DNA from: Aotus nancymaae
Taxonomy: Eukaryota
NCBI RefSeq assembly: GCF_030222135.1
Contig: NW_026988463.1
Coordinates: 27,176,907 to 27,240,906, forward strand
Direction of reading: 5' to 3'
DNA: 64,000 nt
The position numbers were made by a program, and so were the translations under genes. The notes under the pieces were generated by a model. That model had not been told where the DNA came from. It saw only the letters and a program-made list of their open reading frames with translations, and did no database searches. Shown here in pieces: positions 52,582 to 64,000 of this stretch (position 1 is its first letter; each line of letters starts with the position of its first letter).

Positions 52582-52878
52582 GGCTGGGCACTGTGGCTCA
52601 CACCTGTAACCCCATCACTTTGGAAGGCTGAGGCGGGTGGATCACCTGAGGTCAGGAGTTTGAGATCAGCCTGGCCAACATGACAAAACCCTGTCTCTGC
52701 TAAAAATACAAAGAAATTAGCCGAGTGTGGAGGCAAGTGCCTGTAATCTCAGGTACTTGGGAGGGTGAAGCAGGAGAATTGTTTGAACCTGGGATGCAGA
52801 GGTTGCCGTGAGCTAAGATTGTGGCACTGCACTCCAGACGGGACAACAGAGCAAAACTCTGTCTCAAAAAAAAAAAAG
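52582..52878 (+). mobile_element. Alu SINE
   Basis: ggctgggcactgtggctcacacctgtaaccccatcactttggaaggctgaggcggg ... ctctgtctcaaaaaaaaaaaag. Confidence 0.9.
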
Positions 52879-53061
52879 AAATATTGGTAAAATAAAAGTA
52901 GAAATGTCTTCAGAATTGGCAGCATACATTTTTGCTTAGGTTTACTGGTCAGACAGTTTTATATTTATCTCTAGTATATGTTTTAAGGTAGTAGGGTCTG
53001 ACACAAGGGTTCTAAGACTATAAATCCAGTTTCAAACAAAATGATCTGTGTTTGTGTAATT

Positions 53062-53338
53062 TTTTGTTGTCAGAGACAGGGTCTTGTTCGTTGGCCAGGT
53101 AGCATGATATAGCTCACTGTAACCTTGAATGTCTGGGCTCAAGTGATCCTCCTGCCTCAGCCTCTTGAGTAGCTAGAACGACAGGCAAATGGAACCACAG
53201 TCGGCTAATTTTTGTACTTTTAGTAGAGACGGGGTTTCACCATATTGGCCAGGCTGGTCTCTAACTCCTGATTTCGTGATCTGCCTGCCTCAGGCTCCCA
53301 AAGTGCTGGGATTACAGGCATGAGCCACCACATCCTGC
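53062..53338 (-). mobile_element. Alu SINE
   Basis: ttttttgttgtcagagacagggtcttgttcgttggccaggtagcatgatatagctcactgtaacc ... gggattacaggcatgagccaccacatcctgccc. Confidence 0.85.
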
Positions 53339-53351
53339 CCTGCCTCCCCCT

Positions 53352-53647
53352 CTTTTTTTGTTCGAGACAGAGTTTCACTCTTATTGCCCAGGCTGGAGTA
53401 CAATGGCTCGATCTCAGCTCACCACAACCTCTGCCTCCCAGGTTTCCAAGCGATTCTCTTGCCTCTGCCTCTGGAGTAGCTGGGATTACAGGGATGCGCC
53501 ACCACACCTGGCTAATTTTTGTGTTTTTAGTAGAGACAGGGTTTCTTTGTGTTGGTCAGGCTGGTCTTGAACTCCTGACCTCAGGTGACCCGCCTGCCTC
53601 GGCCTCCCAAACTGCTAGGATTACAGGCGTGAGCCACCATGCCTGGC
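53352..53647 (-). mobile_element. Alu SINE
   Basis: tttttttgttcgagacagagtttcactcttattgcccaggctggagtacaatggctc ... aggattacaggcgtgagccaccatgcctggc. Confidence 0.9.
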
Positions 53648-53978
53648 TACTACTTTCCTTTGAAATTAACATGTATCTGTCGGGAGATACAAGACTATGT
53701 AAATAATTTTTTTTTTTAAGACGGAGTCTTGCTCTGTTGCCCAGACTGAGCCACCACACTCGGCAATAATTTCTCATAAATAAACTTTTCATGTAATTTT
53801 TAATCTTCAAGTATGTTTTATTAAATTAACTATTAGATATTCATTAGGTATGTGGATTATTTCCAATTAAGAAGAAATAATTGAAACAAATTGCTGAACA
53901 TAAATATGTTTTTGCCTGTGCCTGTCTTCTTAAATTTTATAGGATAACTAAGTATAACTGGTCTTTTTTTGTTGTTAA

Positions 53979-54413
<435 letters not shown>

Positions 54414-54733
54414 TAGCTGCCACATGCTCACCCACACATACATTGGTCATGCGACTTTGGGCACGTCACCTCCTTTCTTAAGGCCTTACTTTTGTCATCC
54501 GTGGATGAGTGAGTCAAACTAGAAAATCTCAGAACGTCTCCCGGACTCCAGAGCCTGATGACATCTCGTCACACTGCTCCAGGTTCCTCCCACCCTCAGC
54601 CCCAGGAGAGAGGGACAGACATGGGGAGCAGGTAGGATGGTCAGGGTTTTTATACCCGGGACTCCTGCCAGAGGCCTGACGTTTTTGTTCCCCAAGCTCA
54701 CCTCACTGATATTTCCAACCAAAATGGAGGCTA

Positions 54734-54928
<195 letters not shown>

Positions 54929-55071
54929 TGAAGCAGGCTGGCCAAGCAGGGGGTGTCTGAGGGGGCTGGATGGCAGGAGCAGATCTGGGAGGCACCGTGG
55001 ATAGGACAAGGCAGGACGGGGCGGGGCAGCCTCCCAGGAGGAGCAGCAGGGAAGGCACCATGGTTCTCTGA

Positions 55072-55405
<334 letters not shown>

Positions 55406-55559
55406 CTCCTGTGTCCTCTTTCTCAGCTTCTGTGTGAATGTTCTGGGGCCCGGGCCTGGCTATGGGGTGACACTAAGTTCAACAGAGCCACTGCCCATTC
55501 CAGCCCCACCCTACCCCAGGAAACGCAGTGACCACATCCCCTTGGGTTGCTTTGGAAAC

Positions 55560-55753
55560 AAACACTCCCCGGGGGCAGGCGAGTTGGGGCACAGTTGCCC
55601 AGCAACAAGCAGTGCCCTCCCTTCCGCCCTCATCAGAGGCCAGGCCTCTACGTCTGAAAGGCGACCGCCCTGCACCCTCCCAACCCGCACCTTCCAGTCT
55701 GGCACCAGGAAGAGTGGTTCCAGGAGGGAGAGGAGCCTGGGGACTGATCCAAG
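55560..55753 (+). other. C16orf54: Candidate non-coding 5' exon of C16orf54 (start uncertain; donor at 55753)
   Basis: GC-rich unique sequence ending in the consensus donor gatccAAG|gtaagctgagggg. The intron 55754–56651 (898 bp, contains an Alu) ends at acceptor ctgtgtctcccag immediately before the ATG at 56652. The upstream exon boundary is not determinable from sequence. Confidence 0.4.
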
Positions 55754-56288
55754 GTAAGCTGAGGGGTGCAGGAGGCCTCTGTAGATGGAGGACGTGGGGG
55801 ACAGAGGGAGGTGTGCAGAGACAAGCAAGAGAGAGACAGGGCCGAGCCTGGGCAAAGCTGAGAGCCCGGGAGGGTGCAAAGGCGCCTCCGGAGGACCACG
55901 GAGCCTATGAGAGCAAGATCAATTCCGAGGAGAGTGGTGAGGGGCGAAGGAGCCCCAAGGGGCCAGCGGAGCTGCTGGTGGGAGGTGGTGGGGGTGTGGG
56001 ATGGGGGGAGCACACACCCAGAGGAGCCGGTGGGAGGGGAGGTTCTCATTTCTTTACCCACCACTTCCTCTCTAGGTCTGAGCAAGACTTGAGGGGGCCA
56101 AGTGGGGAGGAAAGAGGCCCTGGAGGCCTTTCTTGTCTATGGCACCCTGGGGTCCGGGCGGGAAATGGGGCTTGTGGAAAGGCTGGAGGGACTGGCTGTG
56201 CACCGAGGTAGGCTACCTGTCCTCCGGCCCCACCTGGCTCACGCTTACCCTTTCTGGTCCCCCTTGCTCCTCTGTCTCTCCAGAACCT

Positions 56289-56583
56289 TCTTTTTCTTTT
56301 TTGAGAAAGGGTCTTGCTCTGTCACCCAGGCTGGACGACAGTGGCGCAATCTGGGCTCACTGCAGCCTCAAACCCCTGGGCTCAAGTGATCCTCTCACCT
56401 TGGCTTCCTGTGTAGCTGGGACTACAGATGTGAGCCACCACACGCAGCTAGCTTTTAAATTATTTGTAGAGATGGGGTTTCACTGTGTTGTCCAGGCTGG
56501 TCTTGAACTCCTGGGCTTAAGCAATCCTCCCGCCTCGGCCCCTCAAAGTGCTGGGATTCCAGGCATGAGCCCCCTGCCCGGCC
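56289..56583 (-). mobile_element. Alu SINE (AluJ-type) in the putative C16orf54 intron 1
   Basis: tttttgagaaagggtcttgctctgtcacccaggctggacgacagtggcgc ... gggattccaggcatgagccccctgcccggcc. Confidence 0.85.
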
Positions 56584-56651
56584 CCTCTCCCGGGCTGTCC
56601 TGGACACCTGCTGCCTCATTTGCTTCCTCTTCTCACCCCTGTGTCTCCCAG

Positions 56652-57326
56652 ATGCTGTTGACTCCAGAGCCACCCTCTGGGCACGTGGAAGGGACCCCCG
56701 CGTGGGAGGCAGCCCCGTGGCCCTCGCCGTCCTGTGGGCCCTGCATCCCTATCATGCTGGCCCTGGCCGCCCTGGCCGCGCTCTTCATCCTCACCACCGC
56801 TGTGTTGGCTGAACGCCTGTTCCGCCGCACTCTCCACCCCGACCCCAGCCACCGTGCACCCACCCTGGTGTGGCGCCCAGGAGGAGAGCTGTGGATTGAG
56901 CCCATGGGCACCCCCCGAGAGCGCTCTGAGGACTGGTACGGCTCTGCAGTCCCCCTGCTGACGGACCGGGCCCCTGAGTCTCCCACTCAGATGGGCGCCT
57001 TGGAGTCCCGAGTGACCGCCCCACCTGCTCCCTCAGCCCCGCACTCTACTCCCAGCTCCTTGGGCCCCCAGACCCCACCAGAGGTCCCAGCCCGGAGCAC
57101 CTTCTGGGGGCCCCAGCCCTGGGAGGGGAGGCCCCCTGCCATAGGCCTGGTGAGCTGGGCTGAACCCGAGCAGAGGCCAGAGGCCAGTGCCCAGTTTGGG
57201 AGCCCCCAGGCCAGGAGACAGCGGCCAGGGAGCCTAGATCCTGAGTGGGGCCTCCAGCCACGGGTCACCTTGGAGCAGATCTCAGCTTTTTGGAAGCGTG
57301 AAGGCCGGACCAGTGTGGGGTTCTGA
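56652..57326 (+). CDS. C16orf54: C16orf54 complete CDS (224 aa single-pass transmembrane protein; MLLTPEPPSGHVEGTPAWEAAPWPSPSCGPCIPIMLALAALAALFILTTAVLAERLFRR...KREGRTSVGF*)
   Basis: 675-nt ORF with stop tga at 57324–57326. Same length and near-identical sequence to my recollection of human C16orf54. Hydrophobic TM segment IPIMLALAALAALFILTTAVLA. Preceded by the acceptor tctcccag. Confidence 0.9.
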   Translation: MLLTPEPPSGHVEGTPAWEAAPWPSPSCGPCIPIMLALAALAALFILTTAVLAERLFRRTLHPDPSHRAPTLVWRPGGELWIEPMGTPRERSEDWYGSAVPLLTDRAPESPTQMGALESRVTAPPAPSAPHSTPSSLGPQTPPEVPARSTFWGPQPWEGRPPAIGLVSWAEPEQRPEASAQFGSPQARRQRPGSLDPEWGLQPRVTLEQISAFWKREGRTSVGF

Positions 57327-58344
57327 ATCCCCAGGGTCCCCCAGAGACCCTCAAGGAAGGCACTGCCTCAGTGGGACCAGGGACCCCAGGATCTAGCATT
57401 AGGGTTGAGCCTGAGGCTACTGCAGGGAAGATGTGCCTCCCAGGCCCCTTCCATCTGGATTCCCTGTCCCCGGGTCCAGGTGTTAGCCAGGCTGTGGGAC
57501 CAGGGGAAGCCCAGCAGTGCCTCTGCTCAGCTGCCTGGGCTGTGGCTCAGAGACCTGGGGGTGGGGCCAACTCCAGGCCAGAAGCCTTCAAGATCGCATC
57601 CGGATGAAGCAGTGAAGGTACCAGCCAGGCAGGAAATTGCATCGACCAGCCACCTCCGCCTCCCTCAGTGTTTACCGAAGCCCCAATACCAGAGCGGAAG
57701 GGTCCCGTGGTGCTGAACAGCCTTGGCGTGGCGATGACAGCTGTCAGTTGTGCTGGCAGGAGATGGCAGGAATCCAGCTTCCCAGAGCCACAGATCCTGT
57801 TCTCCTTGGCCACTCACCCCCTGTGAGGTCCTCCAGGAAAATACACAAAGAGAGGACCAGACCAGGCAGAGGAGCATTTTATTACAAATGAACTGTGACT
57901 CTGACCCCCAAACTGCAAGGGGGAACTTGCTGAGCCAAGCTGGAGCAGCGCTGTCTTGCTGGAGTGGGGACCTGGAGTCAGAAAACCCACAGGCTCCTCT
58001 GCCCATCCTCCTCCATCTGCACACACCTCAGCTTTGGACTCTCACCACTCCATGACGAGCAAGACCCCGGCCAGGGAGAACTGAGTTTCATCCAATGTGG
58101 AGAGGAACGTTGTCCCAGAGCAGGGCAGCTCCCAAACTGTGCCCTCTGGTCATCGTCCCTCCCAGCTTGCTGGAGTATCCAGAGAAACAGATTTGCCACA
58201 GCTAGGCTTACTTATAATGTCCACCCCATAGAAATGGGGTCCTGAGTACCTTGATCTCACCTTTAGGAGAAATGGCCAGGTGAGCAGCAGATGGAATTTT
58301 CATTTTCTTGGGAGTCTGATTTCCCAAACATCATCCTTTTTCTT

Positions 58345-58653
58345 TTCTCTTTTCTCTTTTTTTTTTTTTTTTTGAGACAGAGTCTCACTCTGTCACCCAG
58401 GCTGTAATGTAGTGACACAATCTCAGCTCACTGCAGCCTCGAACTCCTGGGTGTAAGCGATCTTCTCAGCTCGGTCTCCCCAATAACTATAATTATAGGT
58501 GTGTGCCACCATACCTGGCTGTCTTTTTTTTTTTTTAGAGATGGGAACTTGCTATGTTTCCCAGGTTGGTCTTGAACTCCTGGGCTCAAGAGAGCCATTC
58601 ATCCCCACCTCCCAAAGTGTTGGGATTACAGGCATGAGCCACCATGCTTGGCC
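58345..58653 (-). mobile_element. Old Alu-like dimer (two monomer-like halves, 58345–58520 and 58523–58653)
   Basis: T-run gagacagagtctcactctgtcacccaggctgtaatgtagtgacac ... ttataggtgtgtgccaccatacctggctg; T-run agagatgggaacttgctatgtttcccaggttggtcttgaactcctgggctcaagagagcc ... gggattacaggcatgagccaccatgcttggcc. Confidence 0.75.
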
Positions 58654-59809
58654 AAACTTCAGCCTTGAATATTAGTAATTTTGCCATATTGGTTTACAAC
58701 CTGTACTATTATTTGATTTATGTTTTTCTTTAAAATGGCTCATTATTCACTTAATAAAATTATTGTAATAGGAATCTTTTTTTGTATCACTTCTGTAAAT
58801 GGAAAACCAGTCTCGTTTGCCATCAGTAGAAGGTAAAACATGAAAATAAATGCAATGTAAACAAAATTCTTGAGATCTAAATTCTGTTCCTGCGGGAAGC
58901 ATTGGCCTAAAACTCTGTTCTTGGTTAACAAGAAAAGGGAGTGATGATCCGCAAGTCAGAAAGTGTTAGATACTCTAGCACCACGCTGAGACCTTCTTCC
59001 GGAAGTGCCGAGGCAGGCAGGCAGCCCCGCACAGCGGGCAGGGTGCTATGTTGTTTAATGCTGGCCAGGAAGTTCACCCACATCCAGGAAACATGCACTC
59101 CTTCCTGCACAGAGGGCTGAGGAACACTTGAGCCTCCCATCCAATCCCTTGACCTCCTCTCTAATTGTTGGGATGTTGGAAGTTGAAGGAGCAGCTAGAA
59201 GCACCAGGGAGAGGGACCGAGAGCCTAGTCCAGCCTCTTCCCCCAGGTGTACTCACTGGCCAGCAGCCTAAGCACCGTCTCTGAGCTGGGCACTGGGAGG
59301 GGAGGAATCAGACCTGGGGCCTGCCCTCAAGGAGCTCACAGTCTCTCTAGTGACGGGATGGAGGATAGAGGCAGGGGTGAGCTAAGATATGGACACAAAA
59401 CTGACACCAGAGACCAGGGCCCTGTCCCATCTATGTCACTCATGAGCTGGGTAACAACACCCTTATCATCATCACCATCAGCTGACAGCCTGGGTTGTGG
59501 GGACTCTGCCCACGAGGAGTGAACAGACCTCAGAGAAACAGAAGATAGAGACAGGTGTTCAGAGCTTAGATGCTTCCATGCCATGGGCTTAGGAGAGGCA
59601 CTGCAGTGTGGAAGGAACACAGAGACAAGGCCCCGGTTCATGATCTGGCTCTGTCACCTTACTCACTTAGAGACTTCAGCAAAGGGGGTGTTGTATTATG
59701 GGGCCTCATGTACTTTTTTCATGTACAAAAAGAGAGCCAAAAATTGAACAAGATGTTCTGTTAGGACTTTTCTAGTTGTGACATTTGAGGACGCTGTAAA
59801 ATGAAAGAT

Positions 59810-60160
59810 GGTCAGATGGATGAATAAATGGATGGATGATAAATGGATGGATGGATGGATGGATGGATGGATGAATAAATGGATGGATGGATGAATAAAT
59901 GGATGGTGGATGGGTAAATGGATGGATGGATTATGAATAAATGGATGAATTATGAATAAATGGACAGATGGATGATGGATGAATGGATGGATGGATGAAT
60001 AAATGGATGGATGGATTATGATAAATGGATGGATTATGAATAAATGGATGGATGGATGAATGCATGGATGAATAAATGGATGGATGGATGGATAGATGGA
60101 TAAATGGATGGATGGATGGGAGAATGGATAGGTGAAGGGATTGGATATGTGGATAAGTGC
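59810..60160. repeat. (GGAT)n / ATGG-rich minisatellite with aataaatgg spacers, about 350 bp
   Basis: gatggatgaataaatggatggatgataaatggatggatggatggatggatggatggatgaataaatggatgg... On the minus strand this yields the long spurious ORF rich in IHPS repeats. Confidence 0.95.
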
Positions 60161-60185
60161 ATGGATAGATAAACAGATGCACTGA

Positions 60186-60551
<366 letters not shown>

Positions 60552-60571
60552 AATTTCTAATTTTGTATTTT

Positions 60572-61166
<595 letters not shown>

Positions 61167-61167
61167 T

Positions 61168-61453
61168 TCTTTTTTGAAATGGAGTCTCACTCTGTCACCC
61201 AAGCTGGAGTGCAGTGGCACAATCTCAGCTCACTGCAACCTCCGCCTCCCAGCTTCAAGCAATTCTCTGCCTCAGCCTCCCTAGTAGCTGGGATTACAGG
61301 TGCCCACCACTGCACCTGGCTAACTTTTATATTTTTAGTGGAGCCGGGGTTTCACCATCTTGGCCAGGCTGGTCTTGAACTCCTGACCTCGTGATCCACC
61401 TGCCTCAGTTTCCCAAAGTGCTGAGATTCCAGCCATGTGCCATGCACTTGGCC
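61168..61453 (-). mobile_element. Alu SINE inserted at the 3' edge of the THE1 LTR
   Basis: ttttttgaaatggagtctcactctgtcacccaagctggagtgcagtggcac ... gagattccagccatgtgccatgcacttggcc. Confidence 0.9.
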
Positions 61454-62123
61454 AGCACCATTCTTTTTAACTGGGCTTGTGGCCACACAGAGGAAAGGTT
61501 GCATTTCCCAGACCCCGCTTGAGGCTAAGGGCAACCATGCAACTGGTTCTGGCCCCTCTTCCCCACTCCCCTTTCTCTTTCCTGCTGTTTAGAATCCAGA
61601 CATGATGGTGAGACAATGTGGACAAGGACAATATCCCAGGGTTGGCTAAGCCAGGAGATGGAAGGAGCCTGAATCTCTGTGGCCAGCACAGCAGCCCTGA
61701 ACTCCCTGCTTTGCTGTAATTACATGACAGAGAACCAACGCTTTCTTTTTTATAAACCACTGTTGTCCTGGGTCTCTGTAACATGAATCCAAGCCTATCT
61801 CTTAACTTACGTCTCTCTCCTGACTTCAAACTCTATCTAACAGCCATCTTGATATCCCCTATGAAGACCTCAAAATTATCTTAGAATGTGTGACCACCCC
61901 CACCAAGCCTGATCCTCTCCCCACTTTCTCCTCGACTCCTTTCTGTCTCCTCTCACGCCCCTGACTTCCGCCCGCTTTTCCTCATGCTTACTTCTTCCAT
62001 CCTGGTTCTGCTCCACTCACTCATTGCTCCTAAACTACACCTAAATGGTCTCCCTGTCTGCATTTCCCATATTGTACCTGGAGTGAACCCGGAAAAAAAA
62101 AATGCTTAAAAGGGTCAAACATT

Positions 62124-62708
<585 letters not shown>

Positions 62709-62734
62709 GTTTATACAAAAACTTAAAAAATAAA

Positions 62735-62890
62735 TTAGCCAAGCATGATAGCTCATGCCTGTAATTCCGGGAGGCTGAAGCAGGAGGATCCCTTGAGGTT
62801 AGGGGTTCAAGGCTATACTGAGCTATGATCACACCACTAAATTCCAGTGTGGGTGACAGACAGAGAATCCATCTCTAAAGAAAAAAAATT
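62735..62890 (+). mobile_element. Alu right-monomer fragment
   Basis: ttagccaagcatgatagctcatgcctgtaattccgggaggctgaagcaggaggatcccttgagg ... ccagtgtgggtgacagacagagaatccatctc. Confidence 0.75.
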
Positions 62891-63210
62891 GCTTAAGATT
62901 TTCCAGCTCCTGATCATTTCAACAAACACTCCCTCCTTTTTGGAACATCCATATTCCTCCCTCCAGTTACTTGGTCTTGGCTAATTCTTACTCTTTAGGT
63001 CTCAACCTAGCTGCCACTTTCTAGGGCTGTCTTCCTCACAGGCAAAACTTGGAGAAAATGAGGCCATCTGTAAAGTCCAATGTGGACTCCGAGTCATTAG
63101 GAATGCCCTAGGCTGCACGTAACAGAACAATGACTAAAGCAATGAAGTCATACAGCATGGAGAGCCGATACACAGAGCATGGTGGAATGGTGGGTTGGAA
63201 AGAGTTTAGG

Positions 63211-63514
63211 GGCCAGGCACAGAGGTTCATAGCCTATAATCCCAGCACTTTGGTAGGCCAAGGCTGGAGGATCACTTGAGCCCAGGAGTTCAAGACCAAC
63301 CTGGACAATATGGCAAAACCCCATCTCTACAACAAAAAAAAAAATTAGCTGGGACGATGGTGTGCACCTGTAGTCCCAGCCACTTGAGGGGCTGAGGTGG
63401 GAGGAATACCTGAGCCTGGGGGTCAAGGATGCAGTGAGCTGTGATCACACTATTTCATTGCAACCTGGGCAACAGAAGGAGATCCTGTCTGAAAAAAAAA
63501 AAAAAAAAAAAAAA
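63211..63514 (+). mobile_element. Alu SINE
   Basis: ggccaggcacagaggttcatagcctataatcccagcactttggtaggccaaggctgg ... cctgtctgaaaaaaaaaaaaaaaaaaaaaaag. Confidence 0.9.
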
Positions 63515-63554
63515 GTCAGGGCATGGTGGCTCATGCCTATAATCCCAACACTTG

Positions 63555-63690
63555 GAGAGTCCTCCCGGAAGCTGAGCAGATGCTTCCTTTACAACCTGCA
63601 GAACTGTGAGCCAATTAAACCTCTTTTCTTTATAAATTACCCAGTTTCAGGTATTTCTTTATAGCAGTGTGAGAATGGGCTAATGCAGCG
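63555..63690 (+). mobile_element. MST/THE1-family MaLR LTR 3' fragment
   Basis: cctcccggaagctgagcagatgcttcctttacaacctgcagaactgtgagccaattaaacctcttttctttataaattacccagtttcaggtatttctttatagcagtgtgagaatgggctaatgca. Confidence 0.75.
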
Positions 63691-63861
63691 TGCAACCCAC
63701 ACACATCTGACGTCAGAGCAGGCTGTGAGAGTTTCAAGAGAAACTGAGCCTGTTGTTTGTACTCATTTACTTTAGAAACCAAACTTGAAACTGAAAAATC
63801 TAAAACATAACTTAGTAATAAAATAAATGATGAAAATAGTCTATCATAAAAACAAATGTGG

Positions 63862-64000
63862 GGCCGGGTGTGGTGGCTCACGCCTATAATCCCAGTACTT
63901 TGGGAGGCCGAGGCAAGCAGATGAGGAGTTCAAGACCAAATAGGCCAACATGGTAAAACCCCATCTCTACTAAAAGTACAAAAAATTAGCAGGGTGTGGT
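63862..64000 (+). mobile_element. Alu SINE (truncated by the window end)
   Basis: gggccgggtgtggtggctcacgcctataatcccagtactttgggaggccgaggcaagcag ... ctactaaaagtacaaaaaattagcagggtgtggt. Confidence 0.9.

Noticed and set aside
55528-56211. 227-aa plus-strand ORF (MTTSPWVALETNTPRGQASWG...)
   Set aside because: GC-rich, Pro/Gly/Arg-biased, and spans the predicted C16orf54 intron 1 donor. No recognisable domain. Typical spurious ORF in a CpG/GC-rich promoter–intron region.
61455-61810. Possible additional MaLR/MLT1-like LTR fragment after the Alu at 61.17–61.45 kb (..tataaaccactgttgtcctgggtctctgtaac..)
   Set aside because: Only weak, short resemblance to LTR termini; I could not confirm it against a consensus from memory.

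Overview
Primate nuclear DNA, about 40% Alu SINEs by length (roughly 95 copies). There is no prokaryotic architecture, CRISPR array, rRNA or tRNA, so I see no defence-system-like or otherwise 'undescribed system' here, and I do not claim one. The window matches the reverse complement of the human 16p11.2 interval KIF22–ZG16–C16orf54. I identified three protein-coding genes from exon translations and splice-site context. KIF22 (kinesin Kid) is on the minus strand: exons 1–8 at 11.6 kb down to 2.06 kb, motor-domain motifs intact, with the remaining 3' exons beyond the window start. ZG16 (jacalin-like lectin) is on the minus strand: three CDS segments at 20.79–21.81 kb, complete 169-aa ORF. C16orf54 is on the plus strand: a single-exon CDS at 56,652–57,326 (224 aa), plus a candidate 5'UTR exon with a donor at 55,753. 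The encoded proteins differ at several residues from my recollection of the human proteins (ZG16 about 91% identical, KIF22 about 97%). This suggests a non-human catarrhine, but I cannot verify that without a database. The rest of the window is Alu (S, Y and J, with nested insertions), MIR, an L1 3' fragment, THE1/MST MaLR LTRs and simple repeats ((GGAT)n, (CTTT)n, (GT)n, (CT)n). The structures most worth a second look are: (1) an old roughly 1.35-kb duplication of the KIF22 promoter-upstream CpG segment (11.75–13.1 kb vs 16.76–18.09 kb); (2) two degenerate tandem copies of the ZG16 terminal exon plus intronic Alu (18.09–19.26 kb), fused to that duplicate; (3) an inverted duplicate of the ZG16 exon-2 donor region plus Alu, whose two arms bracket ZG16 CDS exons 1–2 and the promoter; (4) a 434-bp tandem duplication carrying an AluY; (5) a 49-bp triplication inside an Alu. 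All coordinates are approximate to a few bp for repeats. Exon boundaries were derived by hand from GT/AG context and reading-frame continuity.
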